Source of the DNA: an uncultured Chloroflexia bacterium | GTDB taxonomy: Bacteria; Chloroflexota; Chloroflexia; Thermomicrobiales; UBA6265 | DNA length: 64,000 nucleotides | Assembly: GCA_963724295.1 (NCBI GenBank) | Contig: CAVRUC010000013.1 | Span: 352,001-416,000 of the forward strand | Direction of reading: 5' to 3' | Shown here: piece after piece, positions 20,877-31,084 of the stretch | Layout: every line of letters starts with the position of its first letter | Position numbering within the stretch: the first letter of the stretch is position 1 | The notes under the pieces: generated by a model | Databases searched by the model: none | The model's input: the letters and a program-made list of their open reading frames with translations, nothing else | What the model was told of the DNA's origin: nothing | Position numbers and translations under genes: made by a program

Positions 20877-21892
20877 TATCTCCCATCACCCTCGTCGCCC
20901 TCGTACTGGTGCCCGGTGCGGGTCAGGAAGACGTCTTCCAGCGACGCCTGCAACGTGCTGAGATCGGACAAGGTCACGTGCCGGCGCTGGGCAAGGTGCA
21001 GGAGGGCGATCAAGGTCGCCTGGGCGTCGGTCGTACGTAGCTCGAGCGTCTCATGACCGTCGCGATCGCGCAGCTCGGCGGTCACCACGGCTTCCAGTCG
21101 TTGCAGGTCGCCGCGAGCAATGCTCCCTTGCTGCACGGAGGCGCGGACTGTCGCGTCTGCGCCGAGCTGTTGGATCAATGCGCGCGGCGTATCACAGGCG
21201 ACCACCCGGCCGCGGTCCATGATGGCGATGCGGTCGCACAACTGCTCGGCTTCTTCCATATAGTGTGTCGTCAGGACGACCGTCGTCTCGTTTTCGCGGA
21301 TGTCGCGGATCGTCTGCCACAGGGTGCGCCGGGCGGCTGGATCGAGTCCGGTCGTCGGTTCGTCGAGGAACGCGATCCGCGGTGTATTGACGAGCGCCAG
21401 GGCGATAGCCAACCGCTGCTGCTGTCCTCCCGAGAGGGTATTGATTCGTGAGCGCCGCTTCTCCTCCAGCCCGACCAGCTCCAGCAGGCGTTCGACCCGC
21501 GCCGGCGAGGCATCGGCGCCGTAGAGCGCGGCAAACAGCGCGATGATCTCGGTGCAGCTCAGGAAGTCGAAGAGCGCGGTCGACTGCAATTGGACGCCGA
21601 TGACCCGGTGCACCCGCTTCGGCTCGGAGACCGGATCGAAGCCTGCCACCCGTATCTCACCGCTGTCCGGGGCGCGTAACCCTTCCAGCATCTCGAGCGT
21701 CGTTGTCTTGCCGGCGCCGTTGGGACCGAGGATGCCGAAGATCTCGCCCGGCCAGATCGTCAGATCGAGTCCCGCGACGGCTACCATCTCACCGTAGCGT
21801 TTGACGACGTCTCGCGCCGAGATGATCGGCTCGTCCGACCGCGTGAGGACCGAAGCGCGTGCTTCCGCGGTCGCGGTTGCTGAGGAATGCAT
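20876..21892 (-). CDS. ABC transporter ATP-binding protein (DrrA-like)
   Basis: Walker A GPNGAGKTT, LSGGQQQR, FLDEPT, TTHYMEEA. Confidence 0.95.
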   Translation of the reverse strand: MHSSATATAEARASVLTRSDEPIISARDVVKRYGEMVAVAGLDLTIWPGEIFGILGPNGAGKTTTLEMLEGLRAPDSGEIRVAGFDPVSEPKRVHRVIGVQLQSTALFDFLSCTEIIALFAALYGADASPARVERLLELVGLEEKRRSRINTLSGGQQQRLAIALALVNTPRIAFLDEPTTGLDPAARRTLWQTIRDIRENETTVVLTTHYMEEAEQLCDRIAIMDRGRVVACDTPRALIQQLGADATVRASVQQGSIARGDLQRLEAVVTAELRDRDGHETLELRTTDAQATLIALLHLAQRRHVTLSDLSTLQASLEDVFLTRTGHQYEGDEGDGR

Positions 21893-22008
21893 CTACGGGA
21901 TCGTCTCGCTCCTCGTGACCTGACGCCTCCGGGCGACATCAGTGTCAGCGACTATAGCGGGAGGACCCGGACGAAGACGAATGGCACGGCTGACGAGAAG
22001 GAGTGGAC

Positions 22009-23341
22009 ATGACGCCGGGGTATCGAACGGGGACAGCGACGGGCAGCGGGCGTGAAAGCGCCAGAAGCCTTCACTGGCTGACACTGGCAGCCGTCCTCGT
22101 CATCCTGCTTTCTGCTGTCGCGCCCGGAGTCTGGACGCATGGGGCCGGTGTCGCTCGCGCGCAAGACGAGGTCGCCGCCGGCGATGTGACGCCGCCGGGT
22201 CAGGTGATCGCGCAAGGGATCGCGCGGCTGCCCCGCGGCGACCTGGCCTGGACCGTGCGCACTGTCACTGTGACCGGGGACGAGCGTACGACGGTCGCAT
22301 CGTTCCCGGTCGGATTCGTCGTCGCCGACGGCGCCACGATCGCGGTCCTGGATGAGCAGGGTGACGTCCTGAACCTTCTGGAGGACGGCGAGGCAGCGTT
22401 CCTCCCCAACGGGAAGGCGGGAGCCCTGGCCAGCTGGGACGACGAGGCAAGCCTGTACGAGGTGGCCCTCGTGTCGGCTGAGGAGGCCAGTGCCGGCGAG
22501 ACTCCCGGCACGGTCGCCGGCAACCCTTTCGCCGCGCCGAAGGGGACCACATTCGACATCGAGATCGCGCGGACGGTACTGGCCCGCGATGACCAGACCA
22601 CGATCCCGATCTCGCCCTCCGGGGCGCCGGTCCTGTACTTGCAGACAGCCGGCGCCGCGCAGTTGCAGGCCGGTGAAAGCCAGCCCGTCGAGCTTGCGGC
22701 CGGACAATTCGCCATGCTCCTGGGCGACGTTACGGCGCGTGGAGCGAGCGACGAGCCGGCCACCTTTCTTGTCGCGGCGATCGGCGAGGAGACCGCCGAG
22801 CGGGATGCCACGGAAGGTACTCCGGAGGCGCGTGCCGGCCGCGAAGAATCGTCAGCGAGCCCGCGATGCGGCGACCGCGAGCGACGGCGCGGCGCGCGCC
22901 AGGCGAGCAAGACGAGTCCGCACCGGCGGTGGCGGTGGCCAGGGCAGCCAGACAGCACCGCAGGGCACGGGCGGCACTGGGGCCGCTCCAGTCAGCGGCG
23001 CGGTCACGCCACCACCCCTGACAGAAGCCCCGGCCGGCACACCGCCGGCGGAGCCCACGGTCGAAGCAACGCTCCCGGTGGAGACGGCGGTTCCCGATGA
23101 GGGGACGCCTCCGCCCGATGCGACGATTCCTCCGGAAGATGAGGTGCCGGGTGACGCAACGGAAACCCCGGACCCGGCGGCGCCACCGGCGGACGGGGTC
23201 CCGACCGAGGAGCCGGCTGGTGATCCGTTGCCGACAGTGGAAGTGCCGCCAGGCGAAGAAACCCCTCCGGGTGACGAAGTGCCGGCCGAGGATCCACCCG
23301 TCGACGAGGAGCCGGTCGCGGAACCGACGGCCGAGGCGTAG
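22009..23341 (+). CDS. Secreted hypothetical protein, cupin-like repeats plus Pro/Glu-rich tail (frameshift ~22860)
   Basis: Signal peptide ...ARAQD; VIAQGIARLP...FPVGFVVADG; acidic tail in shifted frame 22490..23341. Confidence 0.65.
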
Positions 23342-23476
23342 GATCGACGCGAGTGGCTGAGTCTCGCTCTCGGGGTTCAGTCGATGGCCTGAACGGCACG
23401 GGTCCCGCAGCCGGCGCGCGGCATCGGGAGCCGGCATAACGGGGCAAATCCGCGCGTCAGGTATCGAGGCGCCGGG

Positions 23477-24704
23477 ATGATCGGGTCTCGTGGTCCACGA
23501 ATCCTGCAGACCGTCGCTCTCGCAGCCGGCATGCTGCTGGCGGTTGGGTATTCGCCATACGGAGCGTCTCCGTCTTCCGCTACCGAACTGCCGGCGACGC
23601 CCACAGCGGTGCGGAGCTCGCCGCTGGTGGTGATCGCCGCGGGTAGCGGAGCCACACCCGACGCCAGCTCGGACATCGTCTGGCTCGTGCAACGAGGGGC
23701 GGCGTCCGGTGAACAGCGCACGGAGCCGGCCGCCTTCCCGCTCGGGTTCGTGCTTGTGGAGCGCGGCACGCTCGTCATCTTCGACGCCAACGGGAGCCCC
23801 ATCACCGAGCTGGGCTCCGGCCGGGCGATCCTGCTGCCGGCGGGTGAGCGGGGTTCATTCGGCAGCGCGAACGGAGACCTCGTGCTCTATGTCCAGATCG
23901 CACTGGTTCCGGTCGCCGCCGTGCCGGGCACGCTACCGCAAGAGATGCTGGCCAGCGAGCCGTTCTCGGCTCCAGGCAGTGCCACCCTCAGCCTCGAGCT
24001 GGTACGAGGCATCATCAATCCCACCCGCAGCGCGGCCTTGCCGGCCGGCGCACTGCCCGCTGCTGCTGGCGACCGACAGCGCGATCCAGCTCGAGACGAC
24101 CTCTGGCGGCAGCGTCGACGTCCCTGATCGCGCAATGGTCCTGCTCGCGGAACCGGCGATCGTTCGCAACCCCGCTCAGCAGCCGGCGACGTTCGTCGTC
24201 GCGCGGAGTGTCACCACGGAGAGCGCAACAACACAGCCCGCGGATCAGTCCAGGCTCGATCCGGCGCTCTCCGATGCCTGGCACCACTACGGGTGCCACC
24301 TCAACCCCGGCAACCCATCCTGCCTGACGATTGGCATCGCCGCCGACTGTGCGATCGACCCGAGCGGTCCCGACTGTCGCGTCGACAGCGATGGCGATCG
24401 CTGCACCGACGTCGCGGAAGCCGAGGCGGGATTCGATCCGTTCGATGCGGCCGACTGCGTCGGCGGCGCCGGCGGGCAACCCGCGATCAACTGCCTCTTT
24501 CTCACCGAGAATCTGGCCTGCAACGGCGACCGCATCGCCGAGCCCCAGGAACCCGAGTGCGCCGCGGAACGGGAGATCCGGCAACGCCGTAGCCCAAGCA
24601 CTCTTTCCGGGTGCGATGGCATCGATCAGCCGCCGCCCGACGCCTGCGCCTACGCCGTTCGCGATCCTGGCTGCGACGGATTCGCGCCGGGTGAGGCGGG
24701 GTGA
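23477..24704 (+). CDS. Secreted paralogue of the upstream gene with 12-Cys C-terminal domain (frameshift ~24060)
   Basis: Shares VIAxG, FPxGFV, (S/N)PFxAP and ATF(V/L)VA blocks with the previous gene; Cys-rich tail in 23709..24704 frame. Confidence 0.65.
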
Positions 24705-24729
24705 TTGCTCCCTGCGGTCGCGATGATTG

Positions 24730-24856
24730 TTCGCTGCGCTCACGGTGATGGGTGATTACTCGCTGCGCTCGTGGTGATGGGGTGATAGGGAGTCGTGTTC
24801 TCGATCCCCTATCACCCTATGACCCCATCACCCGACCCCCATCACCCATCACCCTC
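24730..24856. repeat. Inverted array of GGTGATG/CATCACC heptamers with TCGCTGCGCTC units
   Basis: GGTGATGGGTGAT...GGTGATGGGGTGATAGGG faces CCCTATCACCC...CCCATCACCCATCACCC. Confidence 0.8.
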
Positions 24857-24910
24857 GTCTGACCCCCGCCGTATACTCGGACGCCGTCCCGCGGGGAGAA
24901 CGTCATCGCC

Positions 24911-25930
24911 ATGAGCGACGAAATGGAGCAGGTCGCGGTAGGCGGGTCCGGGCCTGGGTCACACACCCACCTCTGGCCGCGGTTGGCCCTCGTCCAAGCA
25001 GTGTTGCTGCTGGCCGCCGTGGCGATCGCCTTGCCCGTCGCGTTTCGCAGCATGGGCATCCTGCTCACGGACGGGCAGGCGCGGACTCTCTACGAGTTCC
25101 CCAGCGGCCAGGCCGCCACCGCGGCCTCCACGCAGGCCCTGGATGAGTCCGAGAGCTATTTCAACATCGCGGCGATCGACCTCGACGAAGATCTGGGCAG
25201 CATCACGCTGGCCATCTCCGGTCACCGTGTGTGCCCGGACGCCGGCTGCTCGACGCTGACGCTCAACCTCACTTCCCTCGAGGACGACGCCGACGTGCGG
25301 CGGGCGCTACCGCCGTCAGCACCGATGACCCTGACGCCCGACCAGGAGATCTTCAGCCAGACCATTCAGCTGCCGGTGCGCGGGCAGCCCAGCCAGTACC
25401 CGTTTGACGATTACCTGCTCTGGCTCGGCCTGTCCGGGACGGTGGTCGAGGGTGGCGAGAAGATCCAGCTCACACCGGGGTTGCTGGCGAAACGCGCCGT
25501 AATCACCACGCAGAACCAGACGCGGGACTATCTGATGGTTCCTCCAGTCCCTATCGACCCAGCGCGAGTCAAGGCGCTCAACGATCCTCAAGAATTTTTT
25601 GGCGTCCAGGAGCTACGCTTCGAACGCCCCGTCCACCAGGAGATCCTGGCCGTGCTGTTGATCCTGCTCATCGCGGTATCGGCGATCATGGCGGTTGCCA
25701 TGCGCAACATGACCGATCTGATCGTCGGGATCGGCAGTCTCATTCTGGGTATCTGGGGCGTGCGCTCGGTCCTGGTACCGTCGTCATTAGCGGTAGTCAC
25801 CAGCATCGACCTGGCCCTGTCCGTGATCATCCTCTTCGTGCTGCTGGGCCTCTCCGTGCGCTCCGCGCTTCACTTCCGCAAACAGAGCGAGCTGCCACCG
25901 GTGACCTGGCGACGACGGTCCCGCGGGTGA
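24911..25930 (+). CDS. Membrane protein, DUF4436-like / pentameric ligand-gated channel-like
   Basis: N-terminal TM, beta-rich domain with QYPFDDY, ELRFERP, then 3 TM helices. Confidence 0.6.
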   Translation: MSDEMEQVAVGGSGPGSHTHLWPRLALVQAVLLLAAVAIALPVAFRSMGILLTDGQARTLYEFPSGQAATAASTQALDESESYFNIAAIDLDEDLGSITLAISGHRVCPDAGCSTLTLNLTSLEDDADVRRALPPSAPMTLTPDQEIFSQTIQLPVRGQPSQYPFDDYLLWLGLSGTVVEGGEKIQLTPGLLAKRAVITTQNQTRDYLMVPPVPIDPARVKALNDPQEFFGVQELRFERPVHQEILAVLLILLIAVSAIMAVAMRNMTDLIVGIGSLILGIWGVRSVLVPSSLAVVTSIDLALSVIILFVLLGLSVRSALHFRKQSELPPVTWRRRSRG

Positions 25931-25934
25931 AACG

Positions 25935-26015
25935 GGGTGGCGGGGTATCAAGGTGGCAGGGTGGCAGGCACATCCTCCCTGTTACCCTGCCACCCCGCGA
26001 CCCCGCGACCCCCGC
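25935..26015 (+). terminator. GC-rich hairpin built from 8-mer repeats; possible terminator or mRNA stabiliser
   Basis: GGTGGCAGGGTGGCAGG ... CCTGTTACCCTGCCACC immediately after the stop codon; no U-tract. Confidence 0.45.
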
Positions 26016-26086
26016 TGGCCTTGAACTTGCACCTTCATCCAGAACACTGATGGAGCTCGCGTCGATTACCGGAAGCTGGCCCCCGT

Positions 26087-27118
26087 ATGACATCCGTTCA
26101 GCGAACTGACAACGTGCCGCGCGCCGAGGAGACCACAGGTAATCTCCGCGCGATCCCGATGCGGGTCAAGGAGTCGATTTCGAGCGTTCATGCCTCGTTG
26201 CTGGCAACGCATGCCAGTTACGCCGTACTCGTCGAGATCGCCCAGGAGATCCGCCGTCACAAGCCGTCCCACCTTGCCAAGCAATCGGCGTATTCGCTCC
26301 TCTACGCGGTGCCATCTGTGATGATCGTGCTCGTCTCGCTGGCGGCCATCGTCGACAAGAACACAGATGCGGGCGTGTCAGAGGCGCTGCGACGGTTCAT
26401 CTCAGAGCAGGTCCCCGCCGAGCTGCAACCATTGCTGGCATCGTTGGTCCAGCGTGCCGTCGTCGAGACGACCAAGTACGAAGCCATACTGGCGGTGCTC
26501 GTCTCGCTGGGGATCGCTGTCTGGGGTGCCGCTGGCGGTGTCGGCGCCTTGATCGAGGCGGTCAATACCGTCTACGACATCCGCAACACCCGCTCCTTCA
26601 TCAAAGAGATGGCTTTGAAGCTCGGATTGATGCTTCTCGGCGGCACCCTATTGATCGGGTCGTTCATTCTGGTGGCCTACGGTCGGCAGCTTGGCGGGTG
26701 GGTTGCCGGCAAGGTCGGCCGAGGCACGACCCTGGTCAATTTCCTCTCCTCCGGTCCGGTTTGGGCTCTCCTTCTGCTGGCCTGCTCGATGTTCCTGCTT
26801 TACTGGCTGGGACCGGATGTGCGCAAGTCGATTCGCTGGGTGCTTCCCGGCACGGTTCTCGCCACAGCCGCCGTGCTGATCACCTTTGCCGCAATGGACT
26901 TGCTGCTGAGATTCTCGAACCCCGGTTCCGCCTTCGGCGCGGCGGGGAGCGTCTTGATCCTGCTCTGGGCGCTGTTTCTGGTCAGCGCCATCGTCATCGT
27001 GGGCGGGATCGTCAATGCCGTCCTCGGTCGTCGCTACGACCGGCAGCTCCGGGACGCGCTGCGGCAGCCTGAGAAGCGGCTGCCGGGCGGCGAGATTGCG
27101 GTCTCGGAGTACCGCTAA
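26087..27118 (+). CDS. YihY/BrkB family membrane protein
   Basis: AKQSAYSLLYAVP, ALIEAVNTVY, WVLPG, FGAAGSVLILLW. Confidence 0.9.
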   Translation: MTSVQRTDNVPRAEETTGNLRAIPMRVKESISSVHASLLATHASYAVLVEIAQEIRRHKPSHLAKQSAYSLLYAVPSVMIVLVSLAAIVDKNTDAGVSEALRRFISEQVPAELQPLLASLVQRAVVETTKYEAILAVLVSLGIAVWGAAGGVGALIEAVNTVYDIRNTRSFIKEMALKLGLMLLGGTLLIGSFILVAYGRQLGGWVAGKVGRGTTLVNFLSSGPVWALLLLACSMFLLYWLGPDVRKSIRWVLPGTVLATAAVLITFAAMDLLLRFSNPGSAFGAAGSVLILLWALFLVSAIVIVGGIVNAVLGRRYDRQLRDALRQPEKRLPGGEIAVSEYR

Positions 27119-27131
27119 TCTCGCAACGACC

Positions 27132-27330
27132 CCTCATCCCCGAGAGACCCCACCTCCCCAACCCCTCTCCGAACGCCCCTCATCCCCGGCCCTTCTCCCC
27201 ATGCGCGGGGAGAAGGGAGGAGAGCAGAGCGGCACAGCGCGAGCCCCTCTCCCAGCGCACAGGGAGAGGGGTTGGGGTGAGGGAGTCTTGAGAGGGGTTA
27301 GGGAGGGTTCTAGAAGGGGCGGGGTGAGGA
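27132..27330. repeat. REP-like palindromic element (CCCTCATCCCC..CCCTTCTCCC..GGGAGAAGGG..GGGGTGAGGG family), copy 1
   Basis: Nested inverted repeats; similar copy at ~45600-45780. Confidence 0.85.
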
Positions 27331-27434
27331 TTCTTCTCCGCTTCGTCGACTTTCGTCCGCAAACTGCATAGCCCGGCGCTATCATCGAGCGACAGAGCAG
27401 CACCTCGATTCTGGCGATTCGGCTGGAGCACGAA

Positions 27435-29108
27435 ATGGCGCCCGAACAGAACCAGGACACGGCCGCCGCGTGGCGGTTCCACAACGGGACGAAGTACATC
27501 GGCCCGACCGGGCTCCGGGACTACGCGGACGCGGAGATCCTGATGGGCGAGCCTCCTCATCTCGTCCAGGCCATGGGCGAGCAGAACCCCGCCATCGAGC
27601 CGCTCCCCTACAAGATCTACACGACGCTGGAGCCGATACCCCTGCCTCGAGACTTCCCCGCGTCGGACCTTCCCGCGCTCGAAGCGATAGCAGCCACCGG
27701 CGAAATCCAGATCGCCAGCGCGGTTCCAGACCTGAACGCCATCGCCCGGCTCTGTCTCCGCTCCAACGGCCTGCTCAAGCGCTGGCGGAGTCCGTCCGGG
27801 CGTGAATTCGAGTTCCGCGCCGCCGGTTGCACCGGCGCCCGGTACCACCTGGAGCTCTATCTGGTCTGCGGCGAAGTGCCGGGTCTGGAGGCGGGTGTCT
27901 ACCAGTACGCGGCGCACGATCACAGCCTGCGCCAGCTGCGCGGCGGAGACTACCGGGCAGCCGTGGTCGCGGCGACGGGGCAGGAGGCGGCGATTGCCGC
28001 CGCGCCCGTCGTCGCCGTCTGGACGAGCACCTTCTGGCGCAACGCCTGGCGCTACCAGGCCCGCGCCTACCGTCACGTCTACTGGGACACGGCGACCGCG
28101 CTCGCCAACCTTCTGGCCGTGGCCGCCGACGCGCGCCTCCCGACGCGGGTGGTGCTCGGGTTCGCGGATGGTCAGATCAACGCCCTGCTCGACGTCGACG
28201 GCGAGCGGGAGGCGGCCGTGAGCCTCGTCGCCCTTGGCCGGTCAGACGACCCACCGCCGGCCTCGCCTGAGATCCGCCCGCTCTCCCTGCCGACCGCGCC
28301 GCTCTCGGAGCGGGAGATCATCTTTCCCGAGATCGGCACGATCCATGCCGCCTCGTCGCTCGCGTCCGGCGCCGAGGCCAGCGCCTGGCGAGCCGGCGCG
28401 TTCGTACCGGCGATGCCCTCGCCAGGCGAAGCACCCATTCCGCTGCAGCCGCTGGACGCCGCGGCGCTCCCCACCGACCCGATCGATGCCGTGATCGAGC
28501 GCCGGCGCTCCAACCGCCATTACGCGGCGGAGACACCCATCTCGTTCGCGGCGCTCTCGACCATCCTCACCGCGTCCCTGCAGGGCACCGCCACGGACTG
28601 CCTCGTCCCGGGCGCGCCACCACTCTTTACCCCGTACCTGATCGTGAACAATGTCTCCGGTCTGAGCCCGGGTGCCTACGCTGTGCACCCAGGGCAACAG
28701 GCGCTCGAGCAACTGCGAACTGGCGAGATGCACGACACCGCCAGCCGCCTGGCCTGTGATCAGGACTATGCCGCCGACGCGCATGTCAACGCCTACGCGC
28801 TAACGGACCTGGCGCCGGTGCTGGAGCACTTTGGCAACCGCGGCTACCGGGTGGCCCAGCTCGAGGCGGCGCTCTTCGGCGCGAAGCTGCAGCTGGCGGC
28901 GCACGCGCTGGGGCTGGGAGCGGTCGGCTCGACCTCTTTCGACGACGAGGTCACGGCCCACTTTTCCCCGCACGCGGCCGGCAAGAGCTTCATGTTCATC
29001 GCCGTCTTCGGCGCCCGGCGCCGTCCCTCGACATCGGAAGTAGCCCAGAAGAGCACGTTCCTGCAAGTGCAAGGGCAAGGGCACGGGCAAGATCAAGCGC
29101 AGCCTTGA
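27435..29108 (+). CDS. SagB/ThcOx-family two-domain nitroreductase-like dehydrogenase
   Basis: RAAGCTGARYHLELY, WRYQARAYRHVYWD, IERRRSNR, GNRGYRVAQLEA. Confidence 0.88.
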   Translation: MAPEQNQDTAAAWRFHNGTKYIGPTGLRDYADAEILMGEPPHLVQAMGEQNPAIEPLPYKIYTTLEPIPLPRDFPASDLPALEAIAATGEIQIASAVPDLNAIARLCLRSNGLLKRWRSPSGREFEFRAAGCTGARYHLELYLVCGEVPGLEAGVYQYAAHDHSLRQLRGGDYRAAVVAATGQEAAIAAAPVVAVWTSTFWRNAWRYQARAYRHVYWDTATALANLLAVAADARLPTRVVLGFADGQINALLDVDGEREAAVSLVALGRSDDPPPASPEIRPLSLPTAPLSEREIIFPEIGTIHAASSLASGAEASAWRAGAFVPAMPSPGEAPIPLQPLDAAALPTDPIDAVIERRRSNRHYAAETPISFAALSTILTASLQGTATDCLVPGAPPLFTPYLIVNNVSGLSPGAYAVHPGQQALEQLRTGEMHDTASRLACDQDYAADAHVNAYALTDLAPVLEHFGNRGYRVAQLEAALFGAKLQLAAHALGLGAVGSTSFDDEVTAHFSPHAAGKSFMFIAVFGARRRPSTSEVAQKSTFLQVQGQGHGQDQAQP

Positions 29109-29114
29109 CCGACG

Positions 29115-30563
29115 TCAGTACGCGCGGGCGAAGACCACGCGCCGGTCACTCGTGCCGTCACACATGATGCATGGCCCTGATTCAGGTGGAAGGTCGCGCG
29201 GGATGCAGCGGATCGTCGCCTTTGTCTCCACCTTGATCCGCGCCTCGCAAGCAGACCCACCACACCAGTGAGCCAGCGACCATCCGGCGTTGGCGGCGAC
29301 CCGCAGCGCGAGCTCGTCGTAGGTGTCGACCTCAGCCGTATGCTCGGCAAGCATGTGCTTCGCGGTGGTGAACAGGTCGGCCTGGATTTCGCCGAGCAGC
29401 GCCTCGATCGCCGGCGCTAGCGCGCTGATCGACACGGGCTGCTTTTCTCTCGTGTCGCGCCGGACCACGATCACCTGATCGGCGACCACATCGCGCGGAC
29501 CGACCTCGAGGCGAAGCGGCACCCCTCTCAACTCCCACTCGTTGAACTTGTAGCCGGGTGTGTGATCGCCGCACCAATCGACCCGCACGCGGGCCACAGG
29601 GGCGAGCCGCTCCGCTATGCGCTGGACGGCCTCCTCGACCATTGCCAGATCGCCATCCGTCCGCCAGATCGGGATCACAATCACCTGCACCGGCGCGACC
29701 ACCGGCGGGAGCTTCAACCCCGCGTCGTCGCCGTGAACCATCACCGTTGCGCCCACGGCGCGGTGGCTCAGTCCGAACGACGTGTTGAACGCCCATTTGC
29801 GCTCGCCATCGCGATCGAGGAAGCGGATGTCGAACACCCGCCCGAAATGGTCGCCCAGGTCATGCGACGTGCCAGCCTGTAGCGCCCAGAGCTTGCCGCC
29901 CATCATGGCCTCGACCGTGTGCGTGCGCAGTGCCCCGGCGAACTTCTCCGATTCCGTCTTGATCCCCGGCACGACCGGGATGGCCAGGTCCTCCTCGAAA
30001 AAGCTCCGGTAGACCTCCAGCATCAGACGCGCGCGTTCGTCCGCTTGGGCTCCGGTCGCGTGGCAGGTGTGCCCCTCCTGCCAGAGGAACTCCAGCGTCC
30101 TCAAGAAGGCACGCGGCCGCTCTTCCCAGCGGACGGCATTGCCCCATTGATTGATCAGAATTGGCAGATCGCGGTAGCTCTGCACCCAGCGCGCGTAGCT
30201 CGGGCAGATGATCGCCTCGGAGGTCGGCCGCACCGCCCACGGCTCCTCCAGCTGATGGTCGCCACCGCGGGTGACCCAGGCGACTTCCGGGGCAAACCCC
30301 TGGATGTGCTCGGCCTCCCGCTCCAGCATCGATCGTGGAATGAACAGCGGGAAGTAGGCGTTCTCGACCCCGGTTGCCTTGATCCGCGCGTCGAGCCGCG
30401 CCACCATCAGCTCCCACAATCCGTACCCATACGGCCGGATCACCTTGCAGCCGCGGACCGGCGCGTCGTCCGCGAGCTCTGCCTTCTGCACCACCTCCAC
30501 GTACCAGCGGTCGAAATCATCGTCCTGGTCGATCAGGTCCTCGACGTATCGGCGTTCAGCCAT
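29115..30563 (-). CDS. proS: Proline--tRNA ligase, archaeal/eukaryotic type
   Basis: GFAPEVAWVT, RPTSEA, FLRTLEFLWQEGHT, WELRGVPLRLEVGPRD, C-terminal FARAY. Confidence 0.96.
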   Translation of the reverse strand: MAERRYVEDLIDQDDDFDRWYVEVVQKAELADDAPVRGCKVIRPYGYGLWELMVARLDARIKATGVENAYFPLFIPRSMLEREAEHIQGFAPEVAWVTRGGDHQLEEPWAVRPTSEAIICPSYARWVQSYRDLPILINQWGNAVRWEERPRAFLRTLEFLWQEGHTCHATGAQADERARLMLEVYRSFFEEDLAIPVVPGIKTESEKFAGALRTHTVEAMMGGKLWALQAGTSHDLGDHFGRVFDIRFLDRDGERKWAFNTSFGLSHRAVGATVMVHGDDAGLKLPPVVAPVQVIVIPIWRTDGDLAMVEEAVQRIAERLAPVARVRVDWCGDHTPGYKFNEWELRGVPLRLEVGPRDVVADQVIVVRRDTREKQPVSISALAPAIEALLGEIQADLFTTAKHMLAEHTAEVDTYDELALRVAANAGWSLAHWCGGSACEARIKVETKATIRCIPRDLPPESGPCIMCDGTSDRRVVFARAY

Positions 30564-30569
30564 GGTCTT

Positions 30570-30860
30570 CTCCGTGCTCGGAATGCGCCGGTTGGCAACG
30601 CCAGGGGGTCGCTGACCGAAACGGTCAGACCGCTCAGCGCACGTGCACGTGCGTTTTCAGCGCTGGAAACGGCGCGAGATGTGTGGACGAGGAGAGGCGA
30701 AGCCGGAGGTGACGGTCAGGGTCACCCCCGGCGAAGAGGCACGGGGAAGCCGCCCGCACCCGTCCCGTGCCAGCGCACGGCGGCAGGCGTTCGCCAGGTG
30801 GAAGCGCGATTGGCGGAAACGAGCTGCTCGAACAACGGCACGGAATTCCCTCGACCGGAC
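30570..30860 (-). promoter_or_regulatory. Structured 5' leader of proS containing a 39-aa uORF (30841-30722)
   Basis: GAGGG-N6-GTG uORF; hairpins GGCACGGG/CCCGTGCC, CCGGGGGTGAC/GTCACCTCCGG, CTGACCG/CGGTCAG; no T-box motif. Confidence 0.5.
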
Positions 30861-31084
30861 GTCAGTGCATACACATGGCGCGCCCGTATCGTCAGCATAA
30901 CGCACGAGCGAAGGGTTCGCGATACTTCAATGCCCAGCCCGTGGCGCACGCACCCGAGCTCAACGCGGAGGGCGCGAGCGTCTCCGGTGGGGTCAGGGCA
31001 CATGTCTCCCTTGACCGTGCACGCAATCGAAGCAGCGGTTGGCTCCTACGCTGAAGTTCGCCCTATGACGATGGGCGATGCGAT

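Noticed and set aside
27435..29108. RiPP (azole) biosynthetic cluster around the SagB-like gene
   Set aside because: No YcaO, E1-like protein or precursor peptide nearby; stand-alone SagB-like nitroreductases are common
30570..30900. T-box riboswitch upstream of proS
   Set aside because: T-box consensus and U-tract terminator not found
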